Positions 19,708 to 28,776 of a DNA stretch of 47,357 nucleotides are shown here, piece by piece. Position numbers and translations under genes: made by a program. The notes under the pieces are model-generated. The model was given only the letters and a program-made list of their open reading frames with translations, had not been told where the DNA came from and did not search any database. Within the stretch, counting starts at the first letter, position 1. Each line of letters opens with the position of its first letter. The DNA is taken from contig CAMBIM010000002.1 in the NCBI GenBank assembly GCA_945867505.1, positions 1 to 47,357 on the forward strand, written 5' to 3'. The DNA comes from Chitinophaga pinensis. GTDB taxonomy: Bacteria > Bacteroidota > Bacteroidia > Chitinophagales > LD1.

Positions 19708-19984
19708 ATGGCTTTTGCAACAAAAGCACAGGTAAATCTAAATATTGTAGATTTTGGTGCTGTAGGGAATGGCACTACCATAAACACCCTAGTCATGCAG
19801 TAAGTAATCGCCTGCTCTAATGCCGGGGGAGGAATGGTGGAAGTGCCTATATGTAATTTTTAACGGTGCGTTGTATCTTAAAAGCAATGTAAATTTTTAC
19901 ATCTCACAAGGAGCCACAATAAGAGGGTCTCAGAATGAGCAACCCGCCCTTTTTTACCTTGAACATAACGTTTCAATAACTTAA
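19708..19984 (+). pseudogene. Relic of a GH28 / pectin-lyase-fold glycosidase (N-terminal ~90 codons only)
   Basis: NIVDFGAVGNGTTINTLVMQ*VIACSNAGGGMVEVPICNF, then after a +1 shift NGALYLKSNVNFYISQGATIRGSQ. This matches the FGA.GDG..DT.AIQ.AI.AC...GGG.V.VP.G.F..G.L.LKSNV.L....GA.L.GS start of GH28 enzymes. In-frame TAA at 19801, frame change at ~19861, and the body is missing. Confidence 0.7.
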
Positions 19985-20003
19985 CTGTAACCTTGGGCTT
20001 AAC

Positions 20004-22976
20004 ATGCGCCTATACATTAGCGCGCTTCTAAAACGCGCTTACTTGAAACTTATTTACACCCTCCTTTCACTCTTATTGTTGCCGGTATTTCTTTTTTCGC
20101 AAATGGCTACTGTAAGCGGTAGAATACTTTCTGCCAACAAGGAAACGTTACCGGCTGCTCAAATTCTGCTTGCAGGAACAACTAACGGAACAGTAGCCGA
20201 TGCCAACGGAAATTTTGAGCTAAAAAACATTGCTGCCGGTAAAATTAAAATCATCATTTCATTTATTGGTTATAGAACCGATACGATAGAAAAAAATATT
20301 TCCGCCAATCAAAATTTGCAATTGGGCGATATGCTTTTAAAAGAAGAAGGCAAAAACCTGAATGAAGTAGAGATTACAAGCACCCTCAAAAAGGGCAGCG
20401 AAAACAAAGCTATCAGCATTACCAAAAATTCTTCGCGAGTGGTTACGGTGCTTTCATCAGAAACTATCAGCAAGCTACCCGATAGAAACGCGGCTGAAAC
20501 TATAAAGCGTATTGCCGGTGCTGCGGTGCAAAACAATAAAGGCGAAGGGGCTTACATTTCGCTGCGCGGCACTCCGCTCGACTGGACTGCTACTTTAGTT
20601 AATGGCGACCGCCTACCCGTTGCCGATGAAGAAAACACTTCGCGCATTTTTGAGTTTGAAGTGCTGCCGAGCAACCTGGTAGATTATGTAGTAGTAAGCC
20701 GAACCGTAACGCCCGATATAGAAGGCGACAATATTGGCGGCAGTATTAACTTTTTAACCAAAGGCGCGGTAGAGCAACGAACCTTTAAAGTAAATGTAGC
20801 TGCCGGTGCCAGTGTGCTTTCGCGCAAGCCTTCGGGCAGTGTAGATTTTTTATGGGGCGATATTTCCAAGAACAAAAAATTCAGCTACGTTATCAATGGT
20901 TCTTACTTCGGGCGCTATTATGCTTCGCAAGCATACAAGCTGGCCTTCGGAAGTAATTTCAACCACGGGTTAAACAGGTTTGAAATAAAAGATTACGATG
21001 GCGAACGCCACACCACCGGTGGCAACTTTGCCTGGGAGTATAAAGCCAACAACAAAGTTCGCTTTGGCACCAAAATGCTTTTTGGACACATGTTGGATAA
21101 CAAGTGGCAACGCAAAACCATGTATGTATATGATAGTGGCGAAGGCAAAGGGGTGCGCCTGCAAAGCATACACGGCAAGCTGGTGCGCATACTGGGCGGG
21201 GGAGAAGTATTTGGAGAATTTAAACCTACCGCAAAACTCAAAATTGATTTGCGTGTAGCTTCCTACCACAATCAGTTTACTTACGGCAATGTGCCTATTA
21301 AAGGTAAAGATGCCCGCAACGGTTACTTTACCCAAGAGTATGGTTTACGAAGTGTTTTTGTTTTTAAAGATGTAGATACCATTGATTTGTTTGGCGACCC
21401 TTACACCGGTGCTGCGGGGCAAGTTCCTTTCCCTACCAAATTGCTGGATGTAGATAACCCTACCGGGCGAGGAGATAACTACCGAAACATTCAACCCCAA
21501 ATTACTACGCCAATTATTGCCGACAGCTTTGAGTTTAAGCGCGCTTTTTCGGAACTAAATTCTACCAAAGAAACCGACCCCATTATTGCCCAGCTTGATT
21601 TAACCTACACCTTTAATCCTAACATAAAACTCATGGCGGGTGGTAAGTTCCGGTGGAAATTTGGCGAGCGCAAAATAAGTTTTCATGAATGGCTGATAAA
21701 CATAACCAACCAGCAAAGCGCAGCACCTATATATATGATGAGCCTGGAGACCCAGCCATTTGACGAGCGCGGTGGTTACCTGAAAGAGTATGGCAGCCCT
21801 TACAAAGGAACGTTTATGCCCTTTATTACCAAAGAGCAAAACGCCAATTTTTTACAGCAATACAGCAACCGGCTGCGCGAGCGCGAAATGAACCAACTGC
21901 ACCCGGAGTATAGCCAATGGGTTGGCTCTACATACAAGTATCGCGAATACACTACTGCGGCTTACGTAATGGGCGATTTTCATTTTGCCAAACGCTTTAA
22001 CATAGTTGCCGGTATGCGCTTAGAGCATACCAATATGCACGTAGAGAGTGATACCCTAAGCGGTAAGTATGCTATTGACACCGCCAGCGGACAGGTGTAT
22101 TACCCGGGCGAAAAAAGAAGTACGGATATAAAATACCTTGCCCTGCTGCCTGCCATCAATTTTACTTTTGCAGTAAACGAAAAAATGAATTTACGAGCCG
22201 CTGTTTCGCGCACCTACCACCGCCAAAATTTTGCCGAAGTTAAACCCGGCCATGCCGTGGTGCGCTACACCGAGTTTGAATTTACTTTCGGTAACCCCAA
22301 CCTTAAACCGGCATACAGCTACAACTTCGATTTAATGTATGAATACTACTGGGGCAACAAAGGTTTGTTTAGCATAGGCACTTACTTTAAATACATTACT
22401 GACCATATTTTTAATACCACCCAAGCCGACTTTGACCCCCGCACCGGTATCGTGTTCAAATCGCCCACCAATGCCGGCAAAAGCTGGGTGTTTGGGGTAG
22501 AAGGAAACATTCAACGCAAGTTCGATTTTATACCATCGTGGGGTAGCGGCTTTGGTATAAATGCCAATATCACCTACTCGCTCTCGCGCATGTTGGTGCC
22601 GGGGCGCAATGCCCAACAGGCTATGGCAGAGCAAACGCCTATTCTTTACAATGTTGGTTTGTTCTACGAAAAATACGGGGTTAACGCCCGCATTGCCCTT
22701 AACTATACGGGGGCGTATTTAAAAGAGCTAAACCTGGCCTCGGTTAAAGGCATTGGCCTGCTACATAAAGATGCCGACTTTGATACCTACCAGGGCGAAA
22801 ACTATTCGCTCGATTTTCAATGTTCTTATACCTTCAAAAAGCACTTTACCGTTTTTGTAGAAATGAACAACCTGTTGGACTGGCCTTTTTACGAATACCG
22901 AGGGCTAAAAGACCGCCCTATACGCGTAGAATATTACAAACAACGCGGGCAGGTAGGGTTCAAATACGAGTTGTAA
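20004..22976 (+). CDS. TonB-dependent outer-membrane receptor with N-terminal carboxypeptidase-regulatory-like domain
   Basis: VSGRILSANKETLPAAQILLAGTTNGTVADANGNFELKNI (CarbopepD_reg), plug (ISLRGT, VVVSRT), a ~700-aa barrel, and a C-terminal aromatic end ...GFKYEL. No SusD-like gene follows. Confidence 0.9.
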   Translation: MRLYISALLKRAYLKLIYTLLSLLLLPVFLFSQMATVSGRILSANKETLPAAQILLAGTTNGTVADANGNFELKNIAAGKIKIIISFIGYRTDTIEKNISANQNLQLGDMLLKEEGKNLNEVEITSTLKKGSENKAISITKNSSRVVTVLSSETISKLPDRNAAETIKRIAGAAVQNNKGEGAYISLRGTPLDWTATLVNGDRLPVADEENTSRIFEFEVLPSNLVDYVVVSRTVTPDIEGDNIGGSINFLTKGAVEQRTFKVNVAAGASVLSRKPSGSVDFLWGDISKNKKFSYVINGSYFGRYYASQAYKLAFGSNFNHGLNRFEIKDYDGERHTTGGNFAWEYKANNKVRFGTKMLFGHMLDNKWQRKTMYVYDSGEGKGVRLQSIHGKLVRILGGGEVFGEFKPTAKLKIDLRVASYHNQFTYGNVPIKGKDARNGYFTQEYGLRSVFVFKDVDTIDLFGDPYTGAAGQVPFPTKLLDVDNPTGRGDNYRNIQPQITTPIIADSFEFKRAFSELNSTKETDPIIAQLDLTYTFNPNIKLMAGGKFRWKFGERKISFHEWLINITNQQSAAPIYMMSLETQPFDERGGYLKEYGSPYKGTFMPFITKEQNANFLQQYSNRLREREMNQLHPEYSQWVGSTYKYREYTTAAYVMGDFHFAKRFNIVAGMRLEHTNMHVESDTLSGKYAIDTASGQVYYPGEKRSTDIKYLALLPAINFTFAVNEKMNLRAAVSRTYHRQNFAEVKPGHAVVRYTEFEFTFGNPNLKPAYSYNFDLMYEYYWGNKGLFSIGTYFKYITDHIFNTTQADFDPRTGIVFKSPTNAGKSWVFGVEGNIQRKFDFIPSWGSGFGINANITYSLSRMLVPGRNAQQAMAEQTPILYNVGLFYEKYGVNARIALNYTGAYLKELNLASVKGIGLLHKDADFDTYQGENYSLDFQCSYTFKKHFTVFVEMNNLLDWPFYEYRGLKDRPIRVEYYKQRGQVGFKYEL

Positions 22977-22993
22977 AAACAAACGCATTTTGG

Positions 22994-23040
22994 CGCGTCC
23001 CCGCGTTGTCCTCCGCCAGCGGAGGACTAATGCGGGAACG
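22994..23040 (+). terminator. Compound hairpin downstream of the TonB-dependent receptor
   Basis: Inner perfect stem gtcctccg-ccag-cggaggac, nested in an outer imperfect stem gcgtccccgcgtt/aatgcgggaacgc. Confidence 0.55.
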
Positions 23041-23538
23041 CGACAGCATTAAATAAAACCGGGTAAGCAAATCTGCGGAATAAATTTTATCGCGCTTTTA
23101 ATACCTTATTAAGCAGTTTGCAACTTGTATCATATTTGCGTGGAGCTCGATATTTGGGTATTAGCAAAATTCTATTCTGCCAGTCGGACTAACTGCCTTA
23201 TAGCACCAATCAATTTAGAGTTTTGTGTTAGCATTAAACGTTGGCTTCCTCAAAAAATAAATGTTACCCATCCAATTTAAATTAAAAGCGTGACTCACGC
23301 GTAACTCGAAATTGCGGAAACGCTACGTTCAGTTACTGGCCATCTTATTTTTTTTACAGGTGCTGATATAATACAAGGTAGATGCTGCGATTAAAAACAG
23401 TAAAAGTTTGATTTTACTCTTGTGTTTACTTTGACATGTAAGAACAACGATTAAACCTTTTGTAAAACAGGCAGGGGTTAAGTAGTTTTAAAAATAAAAA
23501 GCCGGCCTGCTATTAATACCTTTAATAGTATATCTAAT

Positions 23539-23974
23539 TTATACAAAAGGCGAAGTAGAGAGTATTTCCTGTGCTGAAAATTTAAACAAAAAACGGGCAC
23601 TGGTGGTGTCTTTCATAGAGCGGGTAGTGCCTAATATTGATTTATGGCTTATTCTTCCAGGCTGCAATAGGATTTTTTTATCAAGGTTATGAAAAGCCAT
23701 TTCCCAATCGTCAAAAGCCCGATCCTCTATAGGGCCTTGTGCCAGGGCTTCAACATTTCTATGTCGGGGGTCTTTCTGTATTTGCGCGTATAAATCCTTT
23801 ATGGCCTTCTTCAGGCCCTTCTATAAGTTGCAAAAATTCAACATCGTGGTAAATTAAACAGCCGGTAATTTGGTTTTGGGCGTTGTGGATTCTGGCCTTT
23901 TTTAAAATATCGGGTATGGCATTTACATTAAAGTTGCGGGCTGTGGTGCTGTGGTAAATAAGTTCATAAAGCAT
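23539..23974 (-). pseudogene. Short BLUF (blue-light FAD) photoreceptor gene interrupted by a +1 frameshift
   Basis: Listed ORF: MLYELIYHS...ITGCLIYHDVEFLQLIEGPEE, then nonsense. Deleting one base near 23804-23806 continues with AIKDLYAQIQKDPRHRNVEALAQGPIEDRAFDDWEMAF... to a TAA at 23539 (144 aa in total). The photocycle Tyr, Gln and Trp/Met are all present. Confidence 0.8.
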
Positions 23975-24151
23975 TTTTAATAGTTTAAAGTAAAAAAAGT
24001 ATTAGCCCGCTTATCGTTTACTTGTAATCCTTCCGCTGCATTTCAATGTTTTTCAACAAAAAGAAACCGTTTTTGTTTTATAAGCTGCAGGCTTACATAA
24101 TCTCCCGTTTTGATAGGTATGAAACAGCAGGCTTTATTTTTTGAAACTGCT

Positions 24152-24274
24152 CTAAACAAAGTTGGTGAGTTCGTAAACCAGAAACACGGCTACGGATATA
24201 GCCACTGAAAGGAGAGTTGCCTTTAAATAAAATTTGGTAGTGCCCTGCTGAATTACGGTAACTATATTTTTCAT
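24152..24274 (-). CDS. Possible 40-aa single-TM peptide (MKNIVTVIQQGTTKFYLKATLLSVAISVAVFLVYELTNFV)
   Basis: ATG in the recurrent local context AGCTATGAA. A TTTTTTTG -7-like box and dyad site 24319..24338 lie at the same spacing as at proven neighbours. Too short for any homology argument. Confidence 0.3.
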   Translation of the reverse strand: MKNIVTVIQQGTTKFYLKATLLSVAISVAVFLVYELTNFV

Positions 24275-24318
24275 AGCTGGAATTTAAGCACAAAAAAAAG
24301 TAACATTTTTGGGTTTTA

Positions 24319-24338
24319 AATAGGCAGGCGTACTCAAT
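24319..24338. promoter_or_regulatory. Island dyad site (AATAGGCA-GGCG-TACTCAAT)
   Basis: Matches AATGAGYA-N4-TACTCATT. The centre is 30.5 bp from the first T of the minus-strand box TTTTTTTG (24291..24298). Confidence 0.6.
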
Positions 24339-24617
24339 TTTAGGGCAACTAGGGGTGCGCTACACCACTTGCCAATTTAACTCTAACTGCTCCTACAGGC
24401 GCAGCTTAATAGCTGGCGGCTTTTGCGGTTAGCCTGCTGATGATTTTTTAGCAGTTATGCCGTTGTTGGTGTTTTAGCATCGGTACCGCGATGCGTCACC
24501 AACAACTATTATTCCCAAGTCTGAACTTCCTTTCCAATTTAACACCAAACCTCTTTTTCACCCGTCCGCCCCCCCTACCTCAATTTCCTACTTCACAACC
24601 TCCTCCAACTTTTTCTC

Positions 24618-24785
24618 TTCTAAAAACTTCGTAAACACAACCACATTCGAAGTTTGTAGTTCTAAAAACTTCAAAAGCAGAACCACATTCGAAGTTTGTT
24701 GTTCTAAAAACTTCAAAAGCAGAACCAAGTTCAGCTTTTTTGGTTCCAAAAACATTGTACATGGAACCATGTACAATGTTTTTAG
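24618..24785. repeat. Four tandem 42-bp units, each an internal hairpin
   Basis: Units start at 24618, 24660, 24702 and 24744. A/B/C share ttctaaaaacttc...; B and C are identical over the first 26 nt. Unit D is a perfect 17-bp palindrome aaaaacattgtacatgg-aa-ccatgtacaatgttttt. Confidence 0.85.
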
Positions 24786-25200
24786 TACGCTTTGCGTAAA
24801 AGCCTGGTTTTAAGCAGCCAAAAATGCGGTCAGCCGCGCTTGCCTTTGTTTTTTAGCTGCTCCTGCTGCAAGCCTATAATGTCATTTTTGGCTGCCAGCA
24901 GTTCTTCATACAGCTCCTGATGCTTGGCATCCAGCAACTTGGGCGGTCTGGTTTTGGGCGGGGTGGTCTGTTTACAAAACCGCTGCGGGCTTTCCGCTCT
25001 ACCCCTCGCGTAAACAAAAGAACCCTGCGCTTATTAGGGTCTACCCTTTACTTGCCTCAGGGTCGTCTGCGACAGACCGGGGAAGAAAAACCAACAGCCG
25101 GGTAATATTACACGGCTGTTGTAGTTTGTTGGGGCATGGTTTATTTAAAGTTTGAATGGCGTGCATCTGCCATGCCTGGCCACAGGCAACGAAACCCTGA

Positions 25201-25220
25201 AATGAGTATATATACCTATT
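25201..25220. promoter_or_regulatory. Island dyad site (AATGAGTA-TATA-TACCTATT)
   Basis: Matches the consensus. It lies 105-124 bp upstream of the ATG of the kinase at 25325. Confidence 0.6.
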
Positions 25221-25324
25221 GCAGCCGCAGTGGGTTTTATAGTAATTGCACAAGTTCTAGATAGAGCAACAAGAAGCGGGCGGTTGATATTTTAAGTGAC
25301 TGTTTATTATCTATAATTCAATAC

Positions 25325-27319
25325 ATGAAAAACAACCGTTCAGCACTTAAAGAGCAAATAAAAAAGAACGGGATAAATGTTGATACACAAGCCCTGCAAA
25401 AGGCTATTGAGCTACAAGAAAGCAACGCGATGTACCGTTCGTTACTGGATCGAACATCTGATTTAATTACCAAGCTTGACGGTATGGGTAATATGCTTTT
25501 TGCCAACCGCACCTGGTTAAACAAAATGGAATACACCTTAGATGAGGTAATACTAACCCCCATTTTTAATTACATACACCCCCGCTGTATGGAGCACTGC
25601 ACTACTTTTTTTGGCTCATTACAGCAAACCGAAAACGATATACCTATTGCCTATTCCCTCATTAGCAAAAGCGGTAAAGAAGTACAAATTGAGGGCAGGG
25701 TTAATGTAACGTTTAAAAACGACCAGCTATACAAGATTGATACGCATTTTAGAGATGTAACACAAATAAACAGTCTTCAAAAAGCAGAAGAAAGCTCTGG
25801 AAAGCTTATAAATATTTTTAAAGAGGCTATTAATGCTTCGTCAATTGTATCGGTAACCGACCATAAAGGCATAATAAACTATGTAAACGAAAACTTCTGC
25901 CACATATCGGGTTATACGGCCAATGAGTTACTGAACCAAAGCCATGCCTTGGTTAACTCCGGCTACCACGACAAGCAATTTTTTAAAGACTTATGGAAAA
26001 CCATCAGCAGCGGCAAAACCTGGAAGGGCATTCTCAGGAACAAAGCTAAAAACGGAAATTTTTACTGGGTAGATTCTACCATTGTACCTTTTCCTACCCA
26101 AGATAATAACTACGAGTATGTTTCTATAAGGCACGATATTACAAAAGAGTATGAGGCTGAAAAAAATCTAATGAATCAGAAGAATTTTTACGAAAATATT
26201 CTTCATAATATTCCTCTTGATATTGCCGTGTTTGATAAAAACCATAAGTATGCTTTTATAAATAAGGAGGCTATTGCTGATAATACGCTGAGAGAGTGGA
26301 TGGTAGGGAAAGATGATTTTGATTATGCCGCTTTAAAAGGCCTGCCTGCCTCTTTTGCGCAACAAAGACGAGATGCGTTTAATCAGGTGCTTAATTCGGG
26401 CAAGGATTTAGTATGGCTGGATAAACAGATAGCCAAAACCGGAGAAGCGAAATACAAAGAAAGGCGTATGCACGCTTTTGCCGATAAACAAACAGTGGTA
26501 GGGTATGCGGTGGATATTACCGAACTTCATTCTACCCAACTTAATTTAGCGAAAAGCCGGGAAGATTTAATAGAAAATAATAAAAACTTAGAGCTTGAAA
26601 TTGAAAAAAGGGTCAGAGAACTAAAAGATTCGAATGCCGGCCTTGAAAGTTTTGCTTACTCTATCTCTCACGATCTAAAAGCACCGGTAAGGCAAATAAG
26701 CTCGTTTACCGGGCTATTGAAAAGGGCAGTTATAAAAGATGACAAGGAAGGGGCGCAGGAACACTTTACGTATATCGAGAGTTCGGTTGCTGTGCTAAAC
26801 GAACGTATTAACGCCATGCTGGCGGTGGCAAAATACGGCAGACAAGAGCTATCTGTTTCTGAATTTTCACTAAGAGAGGAGTTTGACAAAGCATTTAATC
26901 TGTATATCAATAACTACCCCCAAATTCATTACACCTTTGCAAATAACATTACATCTTCCGTAACAGCCGATAAATCTTTAATGGGTGCAGTAGTTGAAAA
27001 CTTGGTATCCAACGCCATTAAGTATTCAATACCAAAGAAAGACATATATGTAGAATTAGGTGAAATGGAAAAAGAAGGAGAAACGGTTTACTATGTACGC
27101 GATAATGGAGTGGGCTTTGACATGAAATATTACGATAAGATATATGCCCTGTTTCAACGTCTTCATCAGCAGTCGGAGGTAGAAGGAATGGGGATTGGCC
27201 TAGCGCACGTTAAACGGATAATAGAAAGGCATAATGGCCGTATATGGGCCGAAAGTGAATTAGGCAAGGGGACTACCTTCTATTTTACAATTAACCTGCG
27301 GGAAATAAGAAAAAAATAG
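25325..27319 (+). CDS. Soluble triple-PAS sensor histidine kinase (HK1)
   Basis: Three PAS modules, a coiled-coil linker, H-box FAYSISHDLKAPVRQI, and the N/G1/G2 boxes of HATPase_c (NAIKYS, DNGVGFD, GMGIGL). No TM segment. Confidence 0.9.
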   Translation: MKNNRSALKEQIKKNGINVDTQALQKAIELQESNAMYRSLLDRTSDLITKLDGMGNMLFANRTWLNKMEYTLDEVILTPIFNYIHPRCMEHCTTFFGSLQQTENDIPIAYSLISKSGKEVQIEGRVNVTFKNDQLYKIDTHFRDVTQINSLQKAEESSGKLINIFKEAINASSIVSVTDHKGIINYVNENFCHISGYTANELLNQSHALVNSGYHDKQFFKDLWKTISSGKTWKGILRNKAKNGNFYWVDSTIVPFPTQDNNYEYVSIRHDITKEYEAEKNLMNQKNFYENILHNIPLDIAVFDKNHKYAFINKEAIADNTLREWMVGKDDFDYAALKGLPASFAQQRRDAFNQVLNSGKDLVWLDKQIAKTGEAKYKERRMHAFADKQTVVGYAVDITELHSTQLNLAKSREDLIENNKNLELEIEKRVRELKDSNAGLESFAYSISHDLKAPVRQISSFTGLLKRAVIKDDKEGAQEHFTYIESSVAVLNERINAMLAVAKYGRQELSVSEFSLREEFDKAFNLYINNYPQIHYTFANNITSSVTADKSLMGAVVENLVSNAIKYSIPKKDIYVELGEMEKEGETVYYVRDNGVGFDMKYYDKIYALFQRLHQQSEVEGMGIGLAHVKRIIERHNGRIWAESELGKGTTFYFTINLREIRKK

Positions 27320-27616
27320 GTCGCTCCATCTCTGGAGCTACTCTGCAGAATAACACCCATGTTGCTCAAAACAAGAACACGAAAAAGCAACAATATTTTA
27401 TAGTAAGGAATTGGAAGATGTGCTCATTATTTAGTTTGCAAAGACCCCGTTTATCAGTTTACAGCAAATGGCGGGTAGTGCTTACCGGTAAATAGTAGTG
27501 GCCAGGTAGAAGCAGATATTAAAAAGCAATATCAGCAGTAAAAGTATAATAAAGTCATAGTCGCTTTGTTTCATGGCTTAGCGAGGGGTTTAAATTCAAA
27601 TATGAGGTGGCAGCTT

Positions 27617-27835
27617 TCAGCGTTTGCTCAATTCTTCCTGCTCCTTTTTTTGATGGTAACTGTTACCCAGCATTTTTATAAGGCAGATAAACGATACCAG
27701 CAGCGAAAGCATGGTAGCTTTGCTTACCTGCACGGTTGGCTGAAAGCCGGTAAGCTGGTTAAACATTAAACCAAAGGTGAAAGCTGCGGTAGTAATAAGC
27801 GCAATGTAGTTTCTGAAGGTTTCTTTTGAGTTCAT
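27617..27835 (-). CDS. Possible 72-aa two-TM membrane protein
   Basis: ATG at 27835 in the context CAACTATGAA (the listed start 27856 is GTG). Two hydrophobic helices. Dyad site 27911..27930 lies upstream. Confidence 0.4.
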   Translation of the reverse strand: MNSKETFRNYIALITTAAFTFGLMFNQLTGFQPTVQVSKATMLSLLVSFICLIKMLGNSYHQKKEQEELSKR

Positions 27836-27910
27836 AGTTGTGTATTTACCGGTCACCTTATTTTTTAAGCAGGCTAATTACTTTCGTGTACGTAAAAAAA
27901 CTGCCCGGGT

Positions 27911-27930
27911 AATGAGCACCGGTACTCAAA
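27911..27930. promoter_or_regulatory. Island dyad site (AATGAGCA-CCGG-TACTCAAA)
   Basis: Matches the consensus. It lies in the spacer between the small membrane ORF and the end of the DUF1573 operon. No clean TAnnTTTG box at the standard spacing. Confidence 0.5.
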
Positions 27931-28243
27931 ATGCAGGTTTATTTTAAGTCCACTTAATGCGTAATCTGTATGGTAAACTTGGGCGAGCTTTTAATGTTGC
28001 AACTAAATGGTTTGCCATCCTTATTTAGTATTTCTACATGGCCCGTAAAGTAGGTTATTAGCACATTACCTCATTGATAAACCGCAGCTACCATATTGCG
28101 GGTGGCTATTACCTGCATCAGTTTATTTGTGGTTGCCCATAATTCTACCCAACGGGGGAGTGTAGGTAATAATTGCCTTGATTTTGCAATCTGGCTACAA
28201 TACCCTTCCAATTTCAGCTTTTTAAATGCTTATAAGTGGTAGA

Positions 28244-28756
28244 TTAATCCCCTAAACCGTCAAAACCGCGATGGGATTCAACGCCATTTAGCTTTATGAT
28301 GTTTGCTTTAACAGTTAAAACAGTTGTTCTGGGGCTCGTATTGGCAGTTATGGTTACCAGCTTACTTTGCTCTCCACTTTTCCCATTCGGGTCAAAAGCC
28401 ACTTCAATAGAACCGGTTTTACCGGGGGCAATACTTTGTTTGGGCCAGGTTGGCACGGTGCAACCACAGCTACCTTCGGCACTTATAATCACCAGTGGTT
28501 CTTTACCTGTATTGGTAAACTCAAACTGCGTGTATACTTTCTGGTTATCCGGTATGCTGCCGAAATCGTGCGCCTGCTTTTTAAAAAACACGGCTGTTAC
28601 AGGCAGGTCGGGCATGCTCTTAAAATGAGCTTGCTCGGCATTGCCATATGGCTGCGCGTAGTTATTGCTGCTGTTAAATAATCGATAAAACTCTATGCCC
28701 GTAATAATTAACAGGCATAGAGTAATTGTCCATAGTGGTATTAATACAGGTTTCAA
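28244..28756 (-). CDS. DUF1573 domain protein (membrane-anchored, Ig-like fold)
   Basis: HDFGSIPDNQKVYTQFEFTNTGKEPLVIISAEGSCGCTVP.W.K..IAPGKTG.I.V.FD is the DUF1573 signature. N-terminal TM anchor. TTG start in the ORF track. Confidence 0.8.
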   Translation of the reverse strand: MKPVLIPLWTITLCLLIITGIEFYRLFNSSNNYAQPYGNAEQAHFKSMPDLPVTAVFFKKQAHDFGSIPDNQKVYTQFEFTNTGKEPLVIISAEGSCGCTVPTWPKQSIAPGKTGSIEVAFDPNGKSGEQSKLVTITANTSPRTTVLTVKANIIKLNGVESHRGFDGLGD

Positions 28757-28776
28757 AGTTGGATTCTTAAAAGGGC

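Noticed and set aside
24093-24293. 66-aa minus-strand ORF (MCLNSSYEKYSYRNSAGHYQ...).
   Set aside because: Odd composition and no start context. A shorter ORF in another frame (24152..24274), with the local CTATGAA context and one TM helix, is the more plausible reading, though still weak.
24580-24776. Overlapping 60- and 62-aa minus-strand ORFs with repeated peptide blocks (GSAFEVFRTTNFEC twice).
   Set aside because: The peptide repeats are simply the 42-bp tandem DNA repeat read in two frames. There is no credible start context, and the units form hairpins.
24618-24785. Reading the 42-bp array (and the 21-bp array at 42139..42369) as CRISPR.
   Set aside because: The units are directly adjacent, with no unique spacers between them. 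Identity decays along the arrays, and no cas genes are in the window.
24920-25253. ORFs 24920..25105 (+) and 25041..25253 (-).
   Set aside because: Arg/Gly-rich or Cys-rich translations, mutually overlapping. They lie in the relic zone, and nothing distinguishes them from chance ORFs.
28056-28075. Possible tenth dyad site, TATTAGCA-CATT-ACCTCATT.
   Set aside because: It lacks the invariant TAC at positions 13-15 and the AAT...G left-half pattern. It lies downstream of the DUF1573 gene, with no promoter box nearby.
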